Virus record (IMG/VR): IMGVR_UViG_3300047445_000186
Coordinates: 1-64,000 of that record
Direction: 5' to 3' (one strand)
DNA length: 64,000 nucleotides
Part shown: positions 26,836 through 37,146 of the stretch, in pieces
How positions within the stretch are numbered: the first letter of the stretch is position 1
How the letters are laid out: each line of letters opens with the position of its first letter
Program-made: the position numbers and the translations under genes
Notes under the pieces: model-generated
Seen by the model: the letters and a program-made list of their open reading frames with translations, nothing else
What the model was told of the DNA's origin: nothing
Database searches by the model: none

Positions 26836-27302
26836 TTCTGCAGGAGATCCTTGACAGCGTATATCCGTTCAAGCTGAAGAAGCATGCTGACGGTATGTCG
26901 GCGTCGTTCGTGAATGCGAACAAGAAGCGCGTCTCGGTCTCCTTGGTTGGGTACCACATTCCAGAAACTGGTTGGTCGTACGAGATCCAGTTCGCGATCA
27001 AGAACAGCACTGAGTTAACAGGTGATGGTGATCAGTTCAAAATCTTTGCGACTGTTTCTGCAATCGTGCAGGAGTTCTTGAAGGTCAAGAGCGATTGGCG
27101 AGCATCAGGAGTTCCTGTGCTACTGTTCTGCACGGCAGATTCAGGTGGCCGTCATGGACTGTACAGGAAGCTTGTTCAGCGAGTAATCGCTGGTACGAAA
27201 TTCAAAATCAAAGAACCAACCGCTCTGCCGAAGAACGTGCAAGAGTGGTGGTCGCAGCTGGAGTTCTCCGGCGACTCATACATTATGGCAACAACACTAT
27301 GA
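26832..27302 (+). CDS. hypothetical virion-associated protein
   Basis: MILQEILD leader; LTGDGDQFKIFATV motif recurrent in T4-like phages. Confidence 0.55.
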   Translation: MILQEILDSVYPFKLKKHADGMSASFVNANKKRVSVSLVGYHIPETGWSYEIQFAIKNSTELTGDGDQFKIFATVSAIVQEFLKVKSDWRASGVPVLLFCTADSGGRHGLYRKLVQRVIAGTKFKIKEPTALPKNVQEWWSQLEFSGDSYIMATTL

Positions 27303-28084
27303 TCAATAACTACTGGTTCGATAATCAACTGCGGAGCTACATCCTGCAGTTCGTCTCGATCTTCCAAGGTCTGCAAGTACAGACTGGTTCTGGCGAGTGC
27401 GATGAGGTTCAGCGAATCACCGTACCATGCGTGATCGGTAACAAGGACCGTGTCGTCGCAGCTCTGCACACTGGGAATACAGACAATCGCGTGTTCAGCC
27501 TGCCAACAATGTCCGTGCACATGCAAGGTCTGCAGCTCGCTCCTGAACGTCGGAAGGTTCAAGCATTCGTGGATCAGCGAGTGACCATGAAGGCTGGTGG
27601 CGTGTTCCCGCAAGACTTGACGACCGTTAAGCGCGCGATGCCAATCCCGTACAACATGACGATCGAACTGAGCATCTACGCGTCGAACACTCTGCAACGC
27701 GATCAGATCCTAGAGCAAATCCTCGTGCTGTTCAATCCGGATCTGCAGATCCAGAAGTCTGATGGTGCATTCGACTGGACACGTCTGACAAAGGTTGAAC
27801 TGACTGACATCGCGAACGAAGAGAACTATCCATCGGCGACTGATCGCCGCATGATCGTCTGGACTCTGTCGTTCGAGCTGCCGATCTTCCTGAGCGTTCC
27901 GATGGGCGTGAAGGATGACTTGGTCCGGAAGGTCATTATCCAGATTGGTTCGCTAGATACTCTAGTAGTGAATGAAGTTGACGAGAATGGAGAACTGACT
28001 CCGTTCGGCACTCCAATTGCTCGTATCGAGTACGACACCCGCGACCCTGTAGGTCCAATTCCTGACGGCCCAGTCCAAGTATGA
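27299..28084 (+). CDS. tail sheath stabiliser/terminator (T4 gp15-like)
   Basis: YWFDNQLRSYILQF, PIPYNMTIELSIY, QILEQILVLFNP. Confidence 0.85.
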   Translation: MINNYWFDNQLRSYILQFVSIFQGLQVQTGSGECDEVQRITVPCVIGNKDRVVAALHTGNTDNRVFSLPTMSVHMQGLQLAPERRKVQAFVDQRVTMKAGGVFPQDLTTVKRAMPIPYNMTIELSIYASNTLQRDQILEQILVLFNPDLQIQKSDGAFDWTRLTKVELTDIANEENYPSATDRRMIVWTLSFELPIFLSVPMGVKDDLVRKVIIQIGSLDTLVVNEVDENGELTPFGTPIARIEYDTRDPVGPIPDGPVQV

Positions 28085-29667
28085 TTTCATTCAAGCAATT
28101 CCTCGCCGAAAAGGCAATGAACAAAGGCGCGTACGCTAAGGCTGCGGCCCGCGTAGGCGGAGACGCACGTATCGGTTTTGAGATCGAAGTCGTTGTTCCA
28201 GCAAAAACCGCAATGCACGTCGGTCCTTCTGAAACGAAGGACGATCCGTCGAACATCGAAGACATCCGTAAGTACGACTCTCTGAGCGAGTTCGAGGTCA
28301 CGTTCTATGTGACGCAGAATGATCGTGCAAAGATCAATCGTGACTTCGGAGACTGGGTGGCAGCCCAGGAAGATGACTGGGTTGAGGGGAACTGGCACTC
28401 ATTCGTTGATGACGACGAGCATGAAGACAATCCAGATCGCGCTGAGAAGAATGCGCGCCGTGAAGCCGCACGTGAGTACGACAAGTCTGACGACACCTTT
28501 GATGTCTGGGTTGATCGTGAATTCAGAACCTCAAAGTCATTCGTTGATTTCTACGATCTTGAGCCAAACTACGGCTGGCACAACGACTACACGGTGTACA
28601 CGTCTGATCCACAAGGCGAGTCCGAGATGTACATGAACGGCTGGGGTGAGACAGCAAAGTACATGGCACAGCAGCTCGAGCTGATCGTAAAGAACAAGGT
28701 CGTCGTGAACGGTTCCGGCTATTCAAGCTGGAACCTTACCCATGACACCTCGATCAAAGACGATCAAGGCACTGATTACGAATCAGGCATGAACGGGTAC
28801 GGTATTGAAATCGTCTCTCCTCCGCTGAAGTTCGAAACCGCGTTCACTCTCCTTGAAGCTGTTCTCCGTTGGGTAGATCGGAACGGCATGAACACGAATG
28901 AGACGACTGGCATTCACATGAACATGTCTCTGAACGACATGGCTGATTTCGATCCATTGAAGCTCGTGCTGTTCATGGGTGACAAGCACATCCTTGAGAA
29001 GTTCAATCGTCTTTCGAACACGTTCACTCGCTCGCAGATTCAGCTTGCTGCTGACGGCGTCGAGATGACTGGCACTCTGCCAAAGGGCGTGGCTGAGATT
29101 GAGAAGGCTGCTCGTGAATCGCTGAAGACTTCAGGTAAGTACTTCTCGGTTAATCTGAACCACATGCCGAAGTACCTCGAGTTCCGCGCTGCTGGCGGTC
29201 CAGGATACCACAAGCGAATCGCTGATCTGCACGAATTGATGGGCCGTTGGCTGACCGCCATGGAGATCGCAACCGATCCGGCACGTGAACGGAAAGAGTA
29301 CCTGAAAAAGATCGCGAAGCTCGCAGGGCTGACATCGATCGGTAAGGCGCAACAAGGCGATTCAGTCGAGAAGTCATTCAAGGACGCAGTTCTTGGTCCA
29401 CGCGGTCGTCGCTGGCTCTGGGACGGCGTCCAAAAGGCTCTTGAGTCTGGTGATGCAGCAAAGATCAAGACGGCTCTGAAGTCGCTCGTGATGGAGATCA
29501 TTTCCGATTACGAAGACGGATCGCCAAAGAAGCCGACCTTTAAACAGGTAAAAGAAGCCCGTGCAATGTTCAAGCAGGCCGGAGTGAAACTGAATGATTT
29601 GCAGGGAGACGACAAAGAACTGCGCGGCGCGTACGCAAAATTCAATCACATTTGGAGTGTCGACTGA
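28081..29667 (+). CDS. putative amidoligase (COOH-NH2 ligase superfamily)
   Basis: IGFEIE, GIEIVSPPL, TGIHMNMS, KYFSVN, YLEFR motifs. Confidence 0.75.
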   Translation: MISFKQFLAEKAMNKGAYAKAAARVGGDARIGFEIEVVVPAKTAMHVGPSETKDDPSNIEDIRKYDSLSEFEVTFYVTQNDRAKINRDFGDWVAAQEDDWVEGNWHSFVDDDEHEDNPDRAEKNARREAAREYDKSDDTFDVWVDREFRTSKSFVDFYDLEPNYGWHNDYTVYTSDPQGESEMYMNGWGETAKYMAQQLELIVKNKVVVNGSGYSSWNLTHDTSIKDDQGTDYESGMNGYGIEIVSPPLKFETAFTLLEAVLRWVDRNGMNTNETTGIHMNMSLNDMADFDPLKLVLFMGDKHILEKFNRLSNTFTRSQIQLAADGVEMTGTLPKGVAEIEKAARESLKTSGKYFSVNLNHMPKYLEFRAAGGPGYHKRIADLHELMGRWLTAMEIATDPARERKEYLKKIAKLAGLTSIGKAQQGDSVEKSFKDAVLGPRGRRWLWDGVQKALESGDAAKIKTALKSLVMEIISDYEDGSPKKPTFKQVKEARAMFKQAGVKLNDLQGDDKELRGAYAKFNHIWSVD

Positions 29668-29705
29668 AAGTGCACTGGTTCTCGAAGCACTTTCCGGCAC
29701 GGTCC

Positions 29706-29711
29706 TAAATA
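29706..29711 (+). promoter_or_regulatory. late promoter TAAATA
   Basis: upstream of sheath. Confidence 0.6.
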
Positions 29712-29771
29712 CCTAGAACCAAAACCCAGCAGTCAGAATTCTGACTCTTAACCCCTCGTAGGAGATCTAAC

Positions 29772-31613
29772 ATGCCATCCCTCGTTTCTCCAGGTGTATC
29801 CGTATCGGTCACCAACGAAGCGCTCTACTTCGCAGCTGCAGCACCGACTGTCCCGCTGTTCTTCATCGCCACCAAGGCCGGCAAGACCCAACCAAATGGC
29901 GTTACCCCAGCCGCCGGTACACTTGAATCTGGTGTTGTCCGCACTGTCACGTCGCTTCAGCAATCGCTCGAGCTGTACGGTGTGCCATCGTTCCGCAAGG
30001 ACTCGTCCGGCAATGAATTCCACGGCGATTCCCGCAATGAATACGGCCTGTTCGCTCTGAACCAAGCTCTCGGCGCTCTGTCGCGTGCTTATGTTGTCCG
30101 CGCTGACGTTGACCTCTCTGACGCTCCAGACACGTTCATCTCGTTCGGCACTCCAGTCGTTCTCGCAGGCTCGACCCTGTACAACGGTATCGGCAATGGC
30201 ACGATCGCAACGATCACCGCAACCGACAGCAAGGTGAAGCCACAAACGATCTCGATTCTGTTCACGTCCGCAACGACGTTCGCAGTATCCGGTTCGGTCT
30301 CCGGCTACATCGGTGCTGGTGTCGTTGGTACGCCTTTTGCTTCGTCGAAGGTGAACTTCACGATCACAGCAGGCGTTGTTCCATTCGTCGCTGGTGACGC
30401 ATACCTGTTCGATCTGGTTTACACCTCGGTCTTCACCGGCACCGGTAACGGCAAGCTGGTTTCCCTGGTTCCAGACACGCTCGCAGTTCCAGAAACTGTC
30501 ACGATCAAGTTCACTTCGCCAACGGCATTCACGGTCGTCGGTTCGGTCTCCGGCTCCGGTACTCCAGGCACTGTTGGTACTCCGTACGACAACATGCGCA
30601 TGCAGTTCACTGTGAACGCAGGCACGACTCCATTCGCAGTGGATGACCAGTTCGTTGTGACCGTCACGGAAGTTACTGTCGCTGCTCAACTCGGTTCGAA
30701 CGATGCTGCAAAGCGCGTCACGATCGTTACGGCTCTCCAAGCTGCAATCAACGGCAATCTGGATGTTCGCTCGGAACGCTACGAGTACAACATCATCGCT
30801 GCTCCTGGTTACCCAGAAGTTTCCGATGAACTGGCTGCTCTCGCATCCGACGTTCTGTACGAAGCAGTTGTTATCGCTGACACCCCAATGAACAAGACGC
30901 CTGACCAAGTCGCTCAATGGGCACTGACTTCGTCGCGTACTTCGAACGAAAGCGTCGCGTACTACTACCCATGGGGTCTCGCATCGAACCTCGACGGTCG
31001 TGATGTCCTGATCGCTCCATCGGGTATCGCTATCCGTACGATCGCTGTGTCTGATCAACAAGGTTACGTCTGGTCTGCAGCCGCAGGTGCTCAGCGTGGT
31101 GTTGTTACTGGTGTCTCGAAGGTTGGTTATGTTTCCGGCATGCTCGGTACCGCTACCACGTTCGTTGAAGCCAATCTGAACAACGGTCAGCGCGACAATC
31201 TGTACGAAGCACAGAAGAACATCAACCCAATCACGTTCTTCCCAGGTCGCGGTATCTTGGTTTGGGGTCAGAAGACTTCCGCTCCAGCAAACTCGGCAAT
31301 GGACCGCCTGAACGTTGTTCGTCTGGTTGCTTACCTCCGTCGTGTTCTCCGTAAGGGTGGCATGCCGTTCGTGTTCGAACCAAATGACCAGATCACTCGC
31401 GACAACTTGAAGGCAGCTGCCGATGGCATGCTGAACGACATCATGTCGAAGCGCGGTCTGTACGACTACGCAACGAAGTGCGATGCATCGAACAACACCG
31501 GCACTCGTATCGACAACAACGAGCTCTGGCTCGACGTTGGTATCAAGCCAGTGAAGACGGCGGAATTCTTGTACATTCCTATCCGTCTGGTTAGCACTGA
31601 CACTAGCTTCTAA
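29772..31613 (+). CDS. tail sheath protein (T4 gp18-like)
   Basis: LVSPGVSVSV, YYYPW, IAPSG, WSAAAGAQRG, RDNLY, WGQKT, DRLNVVRL, FVFEPND. Confidence 0.95.
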   Translation: MPSLVSPGVSVSVTNEALYFAAAAPTVPLFFIATKAGKTQPNGVTPAAGTLESGVVRTVTSLQQSLELYGVPSFRKDSSGNEFHGDSRNEYGLFALNQALGALSRAYVVRADVDLSDAPDTFISFGTPVVLAGSTLYNGIGNGTIATITATDSKVKPQTISILFTSATTFAVSGSVSGYIGAGVVGTPFASSKVNFTITAGVVPFVAGDAYLFDLVYTSVFTGTGNGKLVSLVPDTLAVPETVTIKFTSPTAFTVVGSVSGSGTPGTVGTPYDNMRMQFTVNAGTTPFAVDDQFVVTVTEVTVAAQLGSNDAAKRVTIVTALQAAINGNLDVRSERYEYNIIAAPGYPEVSDELAALASDVLYEAVVIADTPMNKTPDQVAQWALTSSRTSNESVAYYYPWGLASNLDGRDVLIAPSGIAIRTIAVSDQQGYVWSAAAGAQRGVVTGVSKVGYVSGMLGTATTFVEANLNNGQRDNLYEAQKNINPITFFPGRGILVWGQKTSAPANSAMDRLNVVRLVAYLRRVLRKGGMPFVFEPNDQITRDNLKAAADGMLNDIMSKRGLYDYATKCDASNNTGTRIDNNELWLDVGIKPVKTAEFLYIPIRLVSTDTSF

Positions 31614-31630
31614 TCCAAGCTAACTGTACA

Positions 31631-31657
31631 AAGGGTCCGGCTTTGCTGGGCCCTTTT
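31631..31657 (+). terminator. intrinsic terminator
   Basis: AAGGGTCCGGC-TTT-GCTGGGCCCTTTT. Confidence 0.65.
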
Positions 31658-31688
31658 CCATTTCTGCTATCGGAAATGGCTTACGCAC

Positions 31689-31694
31689 TAAATA
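31689..31694 (+). promoter_or_regulatory. late promoter TAAATA
   Basis: upstream of tail tube. Confidence 0.6.
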
Positions 31695-31727
31695 AGGCTG
31701 TAAAGCTTATCTCAACTGGAGTCAATT

Positions 31728-32321
31728 ATGGCAACACTTTCGAATTTCGGTATCCCAGGCGCTGGCTCTGGCGTGCTGCATCCGAAGCTCAAGAACAAGT
31801 GGCGCATCACGTTCCAAGACATTGGCCGTTTGGTTGCTGGGCATAACAGCCGCAATCTGACGATGCAGTCTACCACCGTGTCGCGCCCTCAAGTAGAATT
31901 TGAAGAAGTCGCAATCCATCGCTACAACTCGACGGCATACGTCGCTGGGAAGCACACATGGTCGCCAATGAGCCTGACGCTCGAAGACGACATCGGTGGT
32001 CTCGCTTCGAAGGTCGTGAAGGCACAACTTGAAACGCAACAGCGTCTCGTTGGTGTGGATCTCGACGGTCGTTGGTTGAACACCGCTGCTACCGGTTCCG
32101 ACTACAAGTTCGGCGTTAAGCTCGAACAACTGGATGGTGACGAAGGCGTTGTTGAAACGTGGATTCTGGAAGGCGTGTTCATTCAGTCCGCAGAATTCGG
32201 CGATCTGGATTACTCCGCTTCGGAAGCTGCTACGATTCAGCTCTCCCTGCGCTTTGACCACGCTCGCTCGGTCGATAGCGGTGAAGGTTACGGTACGGCT
32301 CTGGGCGGTAACGTCGCTTAA
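31728..32321 (+). CDS. tail tube protein (gp19-like)
   Basis: PKLKNKWRITF, AYVAGKHTW, GDLDYS..IQLSLRFD; follows sheath. Confidence 0.9.
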   Translation: MATLSNFGIPGAGSGVLHPKLKNKWRITFQDIGRLVAGHNSRNLTMQSTTVSRPQVEFEEVAIHRYNSTAYVAGKHTWSPMSLTLEDDIGGLASKVVKAQLETQQRLVGVDLDGRWLNTAATGSDYKFGVKLEQLDGDEGVVETWILEGVFIQSAEFGDLDYSASEAATIQLSLRFDHARSVDSGEGYGTALGGNVA

Positions 32322-32572
32322 TTAGTCGCGCTGTCTGACAGATTTAGAGGACCTTTCGAGGTCCTCTTTTGTTTTGCCTTCGAGCATGCATTTCGCTCTG
32401 CCTCCTCCCAGGTTTCACCATATCCCCAGGCGCAGGTCCCGTCTTTGAGCTCCACGTACACGCCACACGTTTGGTGATGGTGGTGATTTTGCAGCATCGC
32501 GGCAGGCAAGAACGCACGCTGATGGACCTCGTGATCTACATCACCGCCGAATAGGTAGCTCAATAGTGTCAT
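32318..32572 (-). CDS. hypothetical protein
   Basis: 84 aa filling the tube-ATPase gap on the minus strand; stop overlaps tube stop (TTAA). Confidence 0.45.
   Translation of the reverse strand: MTLLSYLFGGDVDHEVHQRAFLPAAMLQNHHHHQTCGVYVELKDGTCAWGYGETWEEAERNACSKAKQKRTSKGPLNLSDSATN
32346..32372 (+). terminator. intrinsic terminator
   Basis: GAGGACC-TTTCGA-GGTCCTC-TTTTT. Confidence 0.7.
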
Positions 32573-32651
32573 GAACCGATTTTAACCCGAACCCCTGTAT
32601 CGGACTTGTTATCAGTTGTAAAACCGGTACAGACTGCTTGGCACTGTTCGC

Positions 32652-32657
32652 TAAATA
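32652..32657 (+). promoter_or_regulatory. late promoter TAAATA
   Basis: upstream of AAA+ ATPase. Confidence 0.6.
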
Positions 32658-32688
32658 CATGACATCATAATTCACTAAAAAGTGTCAC

Positions 32689-34242
32689 ATGCTTTCCTTC
32701 ATTGATTTCCTGGCAGAAGCCCAGTTCAGCGACGACGATTTTGCTCGCGTTCTGAGCGTCTTCGAACGCCGTCTCCCAAAGCTCCTTGGCGCTAAGCTGT
32801 ACCGTTACGGTGGTAAAAACCACGTTGAAAAGGTCGGCTCCGCTTCCCGGATCGTGTACATTTTCAATGACCGCGCATTCGGTGTTCGCTTCAAGGGCGG
32901 TCACGTTATTGGCATCGACGTCTGGTCCTCGTTCAAGGGTGGTCCAAGCCACTTCATCGACGTGCACACGCTCGCCGCTTCTTCCCTGATTGCTTCGATC
33001 AGCAAGCTCGCTGCTCTGATCAAGAATCCAAAGGAAGGTACGCACGAAGTGAACGCGGTGAATGAATCCGTTCAGCTCGATGAGATGGCACGTCGCGTTG
33101 ACGACAGCGCTTTCTACAAGTTCATGGTCGCTGCGTACGGTGAAGACGGTGCACAGAAGGTTACTTGGGCTCAGATCAAGACTGTCGCTGACGACAATGA
33201 CGTTCTGATTCCACGCTACATCCGTGACCAGAAGATTGGCCGCGGTCTCTGGACCTCGAAGCCAGGTGCTGGTGGTTCTTCCGAAGGTGGTGACGCCGCT
33301 GCTCCAGAAGCTGCTCCAAAGGCCGCTAAGAAGGAACCAATCCTGTACATCAAGGTCACGGCTCAGGACCCTGACACGAAGCGCTTCATCCCTGCTGGTG
33401 AAGTGAAGCAAGCCCAAGCTCTGTACAAGCAGATCGCTTCTGGCATGGCTGATCACAAGCCTTCCGAAAAGGAAATGCGCGATCCAGACACTCTGTACGG
33501 TCACTTGTCGCAACTCGTCGACATGACTTGTAAGGGTACGCTCCGCTCGCTGCTGATCTACGGTGGTCCAGGTACCGGTAAGACGTACACGATTATGCAG
33601 ACGATCAAGCAAGCTGGCATGACGTCTGGTAAAGAGTACATCAAGATGTCGGGTAAGGCATCTCCACTGTCGATCTACCAAACACTGTTCATGTTCCGCG
33701 AAGGCGGTCTCGTTGTGTTCGACGACTTGGACTCGATGTGGGGTAATGAAGACGCAACGAACATCTTGAAGGGTGCTCTCGATACGTCACCAGTCCGCGA
33801 AATCACATGGGGTTCTTCGAGCACTGTGAACGTTTCGAAGATGGACAAGGAAGAGCGCGAGCAATTCAATCGTCAAGTGGACGACAAGCTCGAAACGAAC
33901 CCAGAGAAGGTCAAGCTGCCTAATCAGTTCGAATTCAAGGGCCGCGTTGTGTTCATCTCGAACCTGAAGAAGGACGAGTTCGACACCGCGATCATGTCGC
34001 GTTCCGCAAAGATCTGTATGGACCTGACTCCAGAGGAAATTCTGAAGCGCATGCGTTCCGTTCTGCCAGGTCTCGGTGGTGACGACGTTCCACTGAAGGA
34101 TAAGGAAGCTCTGCTTGATCACCTGATCAAGATGCACGGTAATGGCGAACTCGATGCTGTCACAATGCGTGAGTTCGTTAAGGGTCTGAACATCTTCCGC
34201 TCGGGTGCTCCGAACTGGAAGGACCTGATCCAGTATTCCTAA
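32689..34242 (+). CDS. AAA+ ATPase with N-terminal domains
   Basis: Walker A GGPGTGKT, Walker B VVFDDLD, VFISN sensor, MSRS arginine finger. Confidence 0.85.
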   Translation: MLSFIDFLAEAQFSDDDFARVLSVFERRLPKLLGAKLYRYGGKNHVEKVGSASRIVYIFNDRAFGVRFKGGHVIGIDVWSSFKGGPSHFIDVHTLAASSLIASISKLAALIKNPKEGTHEVNAVNESVQLDEMARRVDDSAFYKFMVAAYGEDGAQKVTWAQIKTVADDNDVLIPRYIRDQKIGRGLWTSKPGAGGSSEGGDAAAPEAAPKAAKKEPILYIKVTAQDPDTKRFIPAGEVKQAQALYKQIASGMADHKPSEKEMRDPDTLYGHLSQLVDMTCKGTLRSLLIYGGPGTGKTYTIMQTIKQAGMTSGKEYIKMSGKASPLSIYQTLFMFREGGLVVFDDLDSMWGNEDATNILKGALDTSPVREITWGSSSTVNVSKMDKEEREQFNRQVDDKLETNPEKVKLPNQFEFKGRVVFISNLKKDEFDTAIMSRSAKICMDLTPEEILKRMRSVLPGLGGDDVPLKDKEALLDHLIKMHGNGELDAVTMREFVKGLNIFRSGAPNWKDLIQYS

Positions 34243-34262
34243 TCCTTGATTTAAGGATTATG

Positions 34263-34293
34263 ATAGCCGATCCTTTATGGGTCGGCTATTTTT
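34263..34293 (+). terminator. intrinsic terminator
   Basis: ATAGCCGATCC-TTTAT-GGGTCGGCTAT-TTTT. Confidence 0.75.
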
Positions 34294-34312
34294 GCATCTG
34301 CTCGCTCCGCTC

Positions 34313-34318
34313 TAAATA
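34313..34318 (+). promoter_or_regulatory. late promoter TAAATA
   Basis: intergenic. Confidence 0.6.
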
Positions 34319-34342
34319 AGCGTACATCCGATCGGAATCACC

Positions 34343-35371
34343 ATGAAACTCATCCAAGAAATTCAAACCATTGTTGAAGCCAAGGGCGTCAAAGACTCGC
34401 TCTCTGATACTCAACTGAAGTATGTTCTCCGTGGCGCAGCCACTGGTAGCCGTATCGAAGCTGATGGAAAGATCGTTTGGCCAGGCACTGCGTCGACAAT
34501 CTTCAATTCACGTGAAGCTAAAGAAAAGTATGCTCGTAAGGGTGATGCATTTGCCGAGAAGATGAAGACCGGCAAGTTCAACAAGGTCGTGATCAAGGAT
34601 TACCAAGCACGTGGCGCCGGCGGTCAATGGCTGACTGCTGAAACGTACGAACTGACGATCAACGAATCGTTCACGCTTGGCTCGAAGCAACACGCTGAAC
34701 TCGCAGCAGCTGCAAAGGGTCTGGACAAGATGACCGTTCGTCGCTTCAAGACGATCGTCAAGTACTCGACCATGAGCCAGCACGATTGCACTGAAATCAC
34801 CGACATGTTGAACACTGTCGACGCTGACAAGGTTCTGACGCGTCATGACATCGAGCAAATTGCAGCTTCAACGAACACTGATCTTGGCGAACTGCTTGAT
34901 CTTTCGAATCTGAATGAGGCGGAAGAGAAGAAGACAGCAAACCCAGAATTTGCCAAGGGTCTCGAAGCAGGTATGAAGGCGCTCAAGAAGCTTCGTCCCC
35001 AAGGCAAGATCATCCCAGGTTTCGTTCATAACATCGGCAGTGCGAGCCACGAACGTCATGATGCATCGTTCGAGTACGATTTCGAATATGACGGCAAAAC
35101 ATACGAAGCTGCGATCCGTGTAGATTACTCGAAGTCTGGTGGCGTCAGCCGCCCACCACAGTACCACTACTCGTACTACAGCTTCAAGGACAAGAACGAA
35201 AAGAACGCTCGTATGTTCAACCCACAAGCTGACTCCGGCCCGTTCATCACGGATCTGAGCGAGCTCGGCAAGGAACTGAACTCCTGGGAAAAGCACATTG
35301 CTGATGGCTTGATCGCTCAGAAGAAGCGTTGGGAAGCTGATCTCGAAAAGATGCGTCCAAAGAAGAAGTAA
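34343..35371 (+). CDS. hypothetical internal head protein (probable polyprotein)
   Basis: MKLIQEIQTIVEA leader; internal TINE/S and LNE/A junctions. Confidence 0.55.
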   Translation: MKLIQEIQTIVEAKGVKDSLSDTQLKYVLRGAATGSRIEADGKIVWPGTASTIFNSREAKEKYARKGDAFAEKMKTGKFNKVVIKDYQARGAGGQWLTAETYELTINESFTLGSKQHAELAAAAKGLDKMTVRRFKTIVKYSTMSQHDCTEITDMLNTVDADKVLTRHDIEQIAASTNTDLGELLDLSNLNEAEEKKTANPEFAKGLEAGMKALKKLRPQGKIIPGFVHNIGSASHERHDASFEYDFEYDGKTYEAAIRVDYSKSGGVSRPPQYHYSYYSFKDKNEKNARMFNPQADSGPFITDLSELGKELNSWEKHIADGLIAQKKRWEADLEKMRPKKK

Positions 35372-36661
35372 ATGGCCGATATTTCGCAACTCCTGAGATC
35401 CTCAGGCATTGACGCTCAGCGCACTGCGACTGATCTGTTCGGTGCCGCTGTTGAGGACTTCGCGGCAAAGCCACTGAACGGCTTGCTGAACTCCGTCACT
35501 GGACGGAACGGCACGGCGGCTCAGGGGCGAAATGATCCAGGTACATGGTACGCAACATCGTACGCTGCCTCTTTGGCGAACTCGCAGTACCGTCCGAAGT
35601 TGAAGTTCATGTTCCGCGTGGAGTTCTTGTTCGAGCCAAAGGTGCTCGAGACATTCGGCCGCGCCGAATGGCAAAAGAACTTCACCTTCCTCGTGAAGAC
35701 TGTAGATCGTCCAAAGGTCGACTTCGAGTACGAGGACGTGAATCAGTACAACTTTAGAACGAAGGTCTTGAAGCAGATCAAGCACCGTGAACTGACGCTC
35801 TCATTCACTGACGACGTCGGCAATCACGTGTACGAGTTCTTCCGTTTCATGATGATGGTTCACTCACCAATTACCCGTCGCTCTGCTTACGCATCAAGTG
35901 ACATCTCGGCTGCGTACGCAACGTACACCGCTGGTTCGGGCATGGAGTTCACGAAGGGTCTCGGTCCTATCAATGACTTCGCGCACCGTGGTGCTGTTGA
36001 CACCGATCTTGGCAATGCGATCCGCGCAATCAAGATCACTCAGATCTTCATCAACCCTTCCGATACGCCGCCAAATGCAGCGAAGGAAGTGTCGTTCTTC
36101 TTCATCAATCCACGCGTAACCTCGTTCGACTTGGATGATGTGTCGCATGAAGCATCTGATCCGAATCTGTTCACGATGCAGTTCGATTATGACTTCATGG
36201 TCATGAGCAAGCAAGAACTCTTGAAGCCACTGAGCGCTGACAAGTCTCTCCCACCAGTTGGCACTGCTCCAGGTGAAGCTGCTCCTACACCAGGTTCTGG
36301 CACTAGCACTGGGTACGGTTCTGGCGCAATGGATCCGTACATTGGAATGCTCGCTGGTATTGGTGGCCGTGCTGTACAGAAGATCACCTCAGATACCGTT
36401 GGCAAAGCTCTGCGAACCATTCCTGGTCTCGGTTCTGTCGCTGACAACATCGGTGGTATCACGCAAGGTATTGCGCGTGACCAGCTTGCAGGGATCGGTC
36501 AAACTGTGAACCAAGCGTTCGCTCGACCAGGTCGCGACATCGTGACTGATTTGTCGACTGCTGGCCGTGATGCAGCGTCGTACATCACTTCTATTGGTTC
36601 AGGTGGATTCGGCTCAGGCCAACCATCCGTGAACGTAACTGATCTTGGCGGATATCTCTAA
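35372..36661 (+). CDS. baseplate tail-tube initiator (gp48/gp54-like tube fold)
   Basis: RPKLKFMFRVEF, VDRPKVDF, NQYNFR, LSFTDD, FTMQFDYD. Confidence 0.7.
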   Translation: MADISQLLRSSGIDAQRTATDLFGAAVEDFAAKPLNGLLNSVTGRNGTAAQGRNDPGTWYATSYAASLANSQYRPKLKFMFRVEFLFEPKVLETFGRAEWQKNFTFLVKTVDRPKVDFEYEDVNQYNFRTKVLKQIKHRELTLSFTDDVGNHVYEFFRFMMMVHSPITRRSAYASSDISAAYATYTAGSGMEFTKGLGPINDFAHRGAVDTDLGNAIRAIKITQIFINPSDTPPNAAKEVSFFFINPRVTSFDLDDVSHEASDPNLFTMQFDYDFMVMSKQELLKPLSADKSLPPVGTAPGEAAPTPGSGTSTGYGSGAMDPYIGMLAGIGGRAVQKITSDTVGKALRTIPGLGSVADNIGGITQGIARDQLAGIGQTVNQAFARPGRDIVTDLSTAGRDAASYITSIGSGGFGSGQPSVNVTDLGGYL

Positions 36662-37146
36662 TGCTTCTCACTGAACTCCTGGCCTATCATGGCACTGGTA
36701 AGAAACCAACAACGAAGCTGAAGCCGCCTATCTTCGTGACAACTCAACGTGAAGGCGCTGAGTGGTATGCTGCTGAGCGCGGGAACGGCGAGAATGGTGT
36801 TATCCTCGTTGGCGATCTTCAAGTGAAGAAGCCGTTCGATCTGCGTAGGTTCGATGGGTACGAGAAATACCTAGAGTTGGCTAAGTCTGCGGGGATCGAG
36901 TTCGAGGGCATGGATGTCCATAACGAGCAGTTCTTCTGCAAGGAAATTCAAGATCACTCGCCATACGATGGCACGAACTCCTCTGACCTCGTGTACATTC
37001 CGAAGTTTCAAGCGGCACTGAAGGCCGCTGGATATGATTCATTGCACATGAGTGACGTGCTCACGAATGATGAGATCGACACGTACGTGATCTTTGATCC
37101 ATCACTGTTCAAGATTAAGCGCGCTGAGAAGCATCTGTACTACTAA
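36661..37146 (+). CDS. ADP-ribosyltransferase-fold protein (ART-PolyVal-like), copy 1
   Basis: YHGT, IFVT, AEWYA, GYDS, EIDTYVIFDP. Confidence 0.6.
   Translation: MLLTELLAYHGTGKKPTTKLKPPIFVTTQREGAEWYAAERGNGENGVILVGDLQVKKPFDLRRFDGYEKYLELAKSAGIEFEGMDVHNEQFFCKEIQDHSPYDGTNSSDLVYIPKFQAALKAAGYDSLHMSDVLTNDEIDTYVIFDPSLFKIKRAEKHLYY

Noticed and set aside
32336-32343. TGACAGAT motif shared before terminators at about 32336 and 62414
   Set aside because: Only 8 nt and two copies; compatible with chance or shared terminator ancestry.
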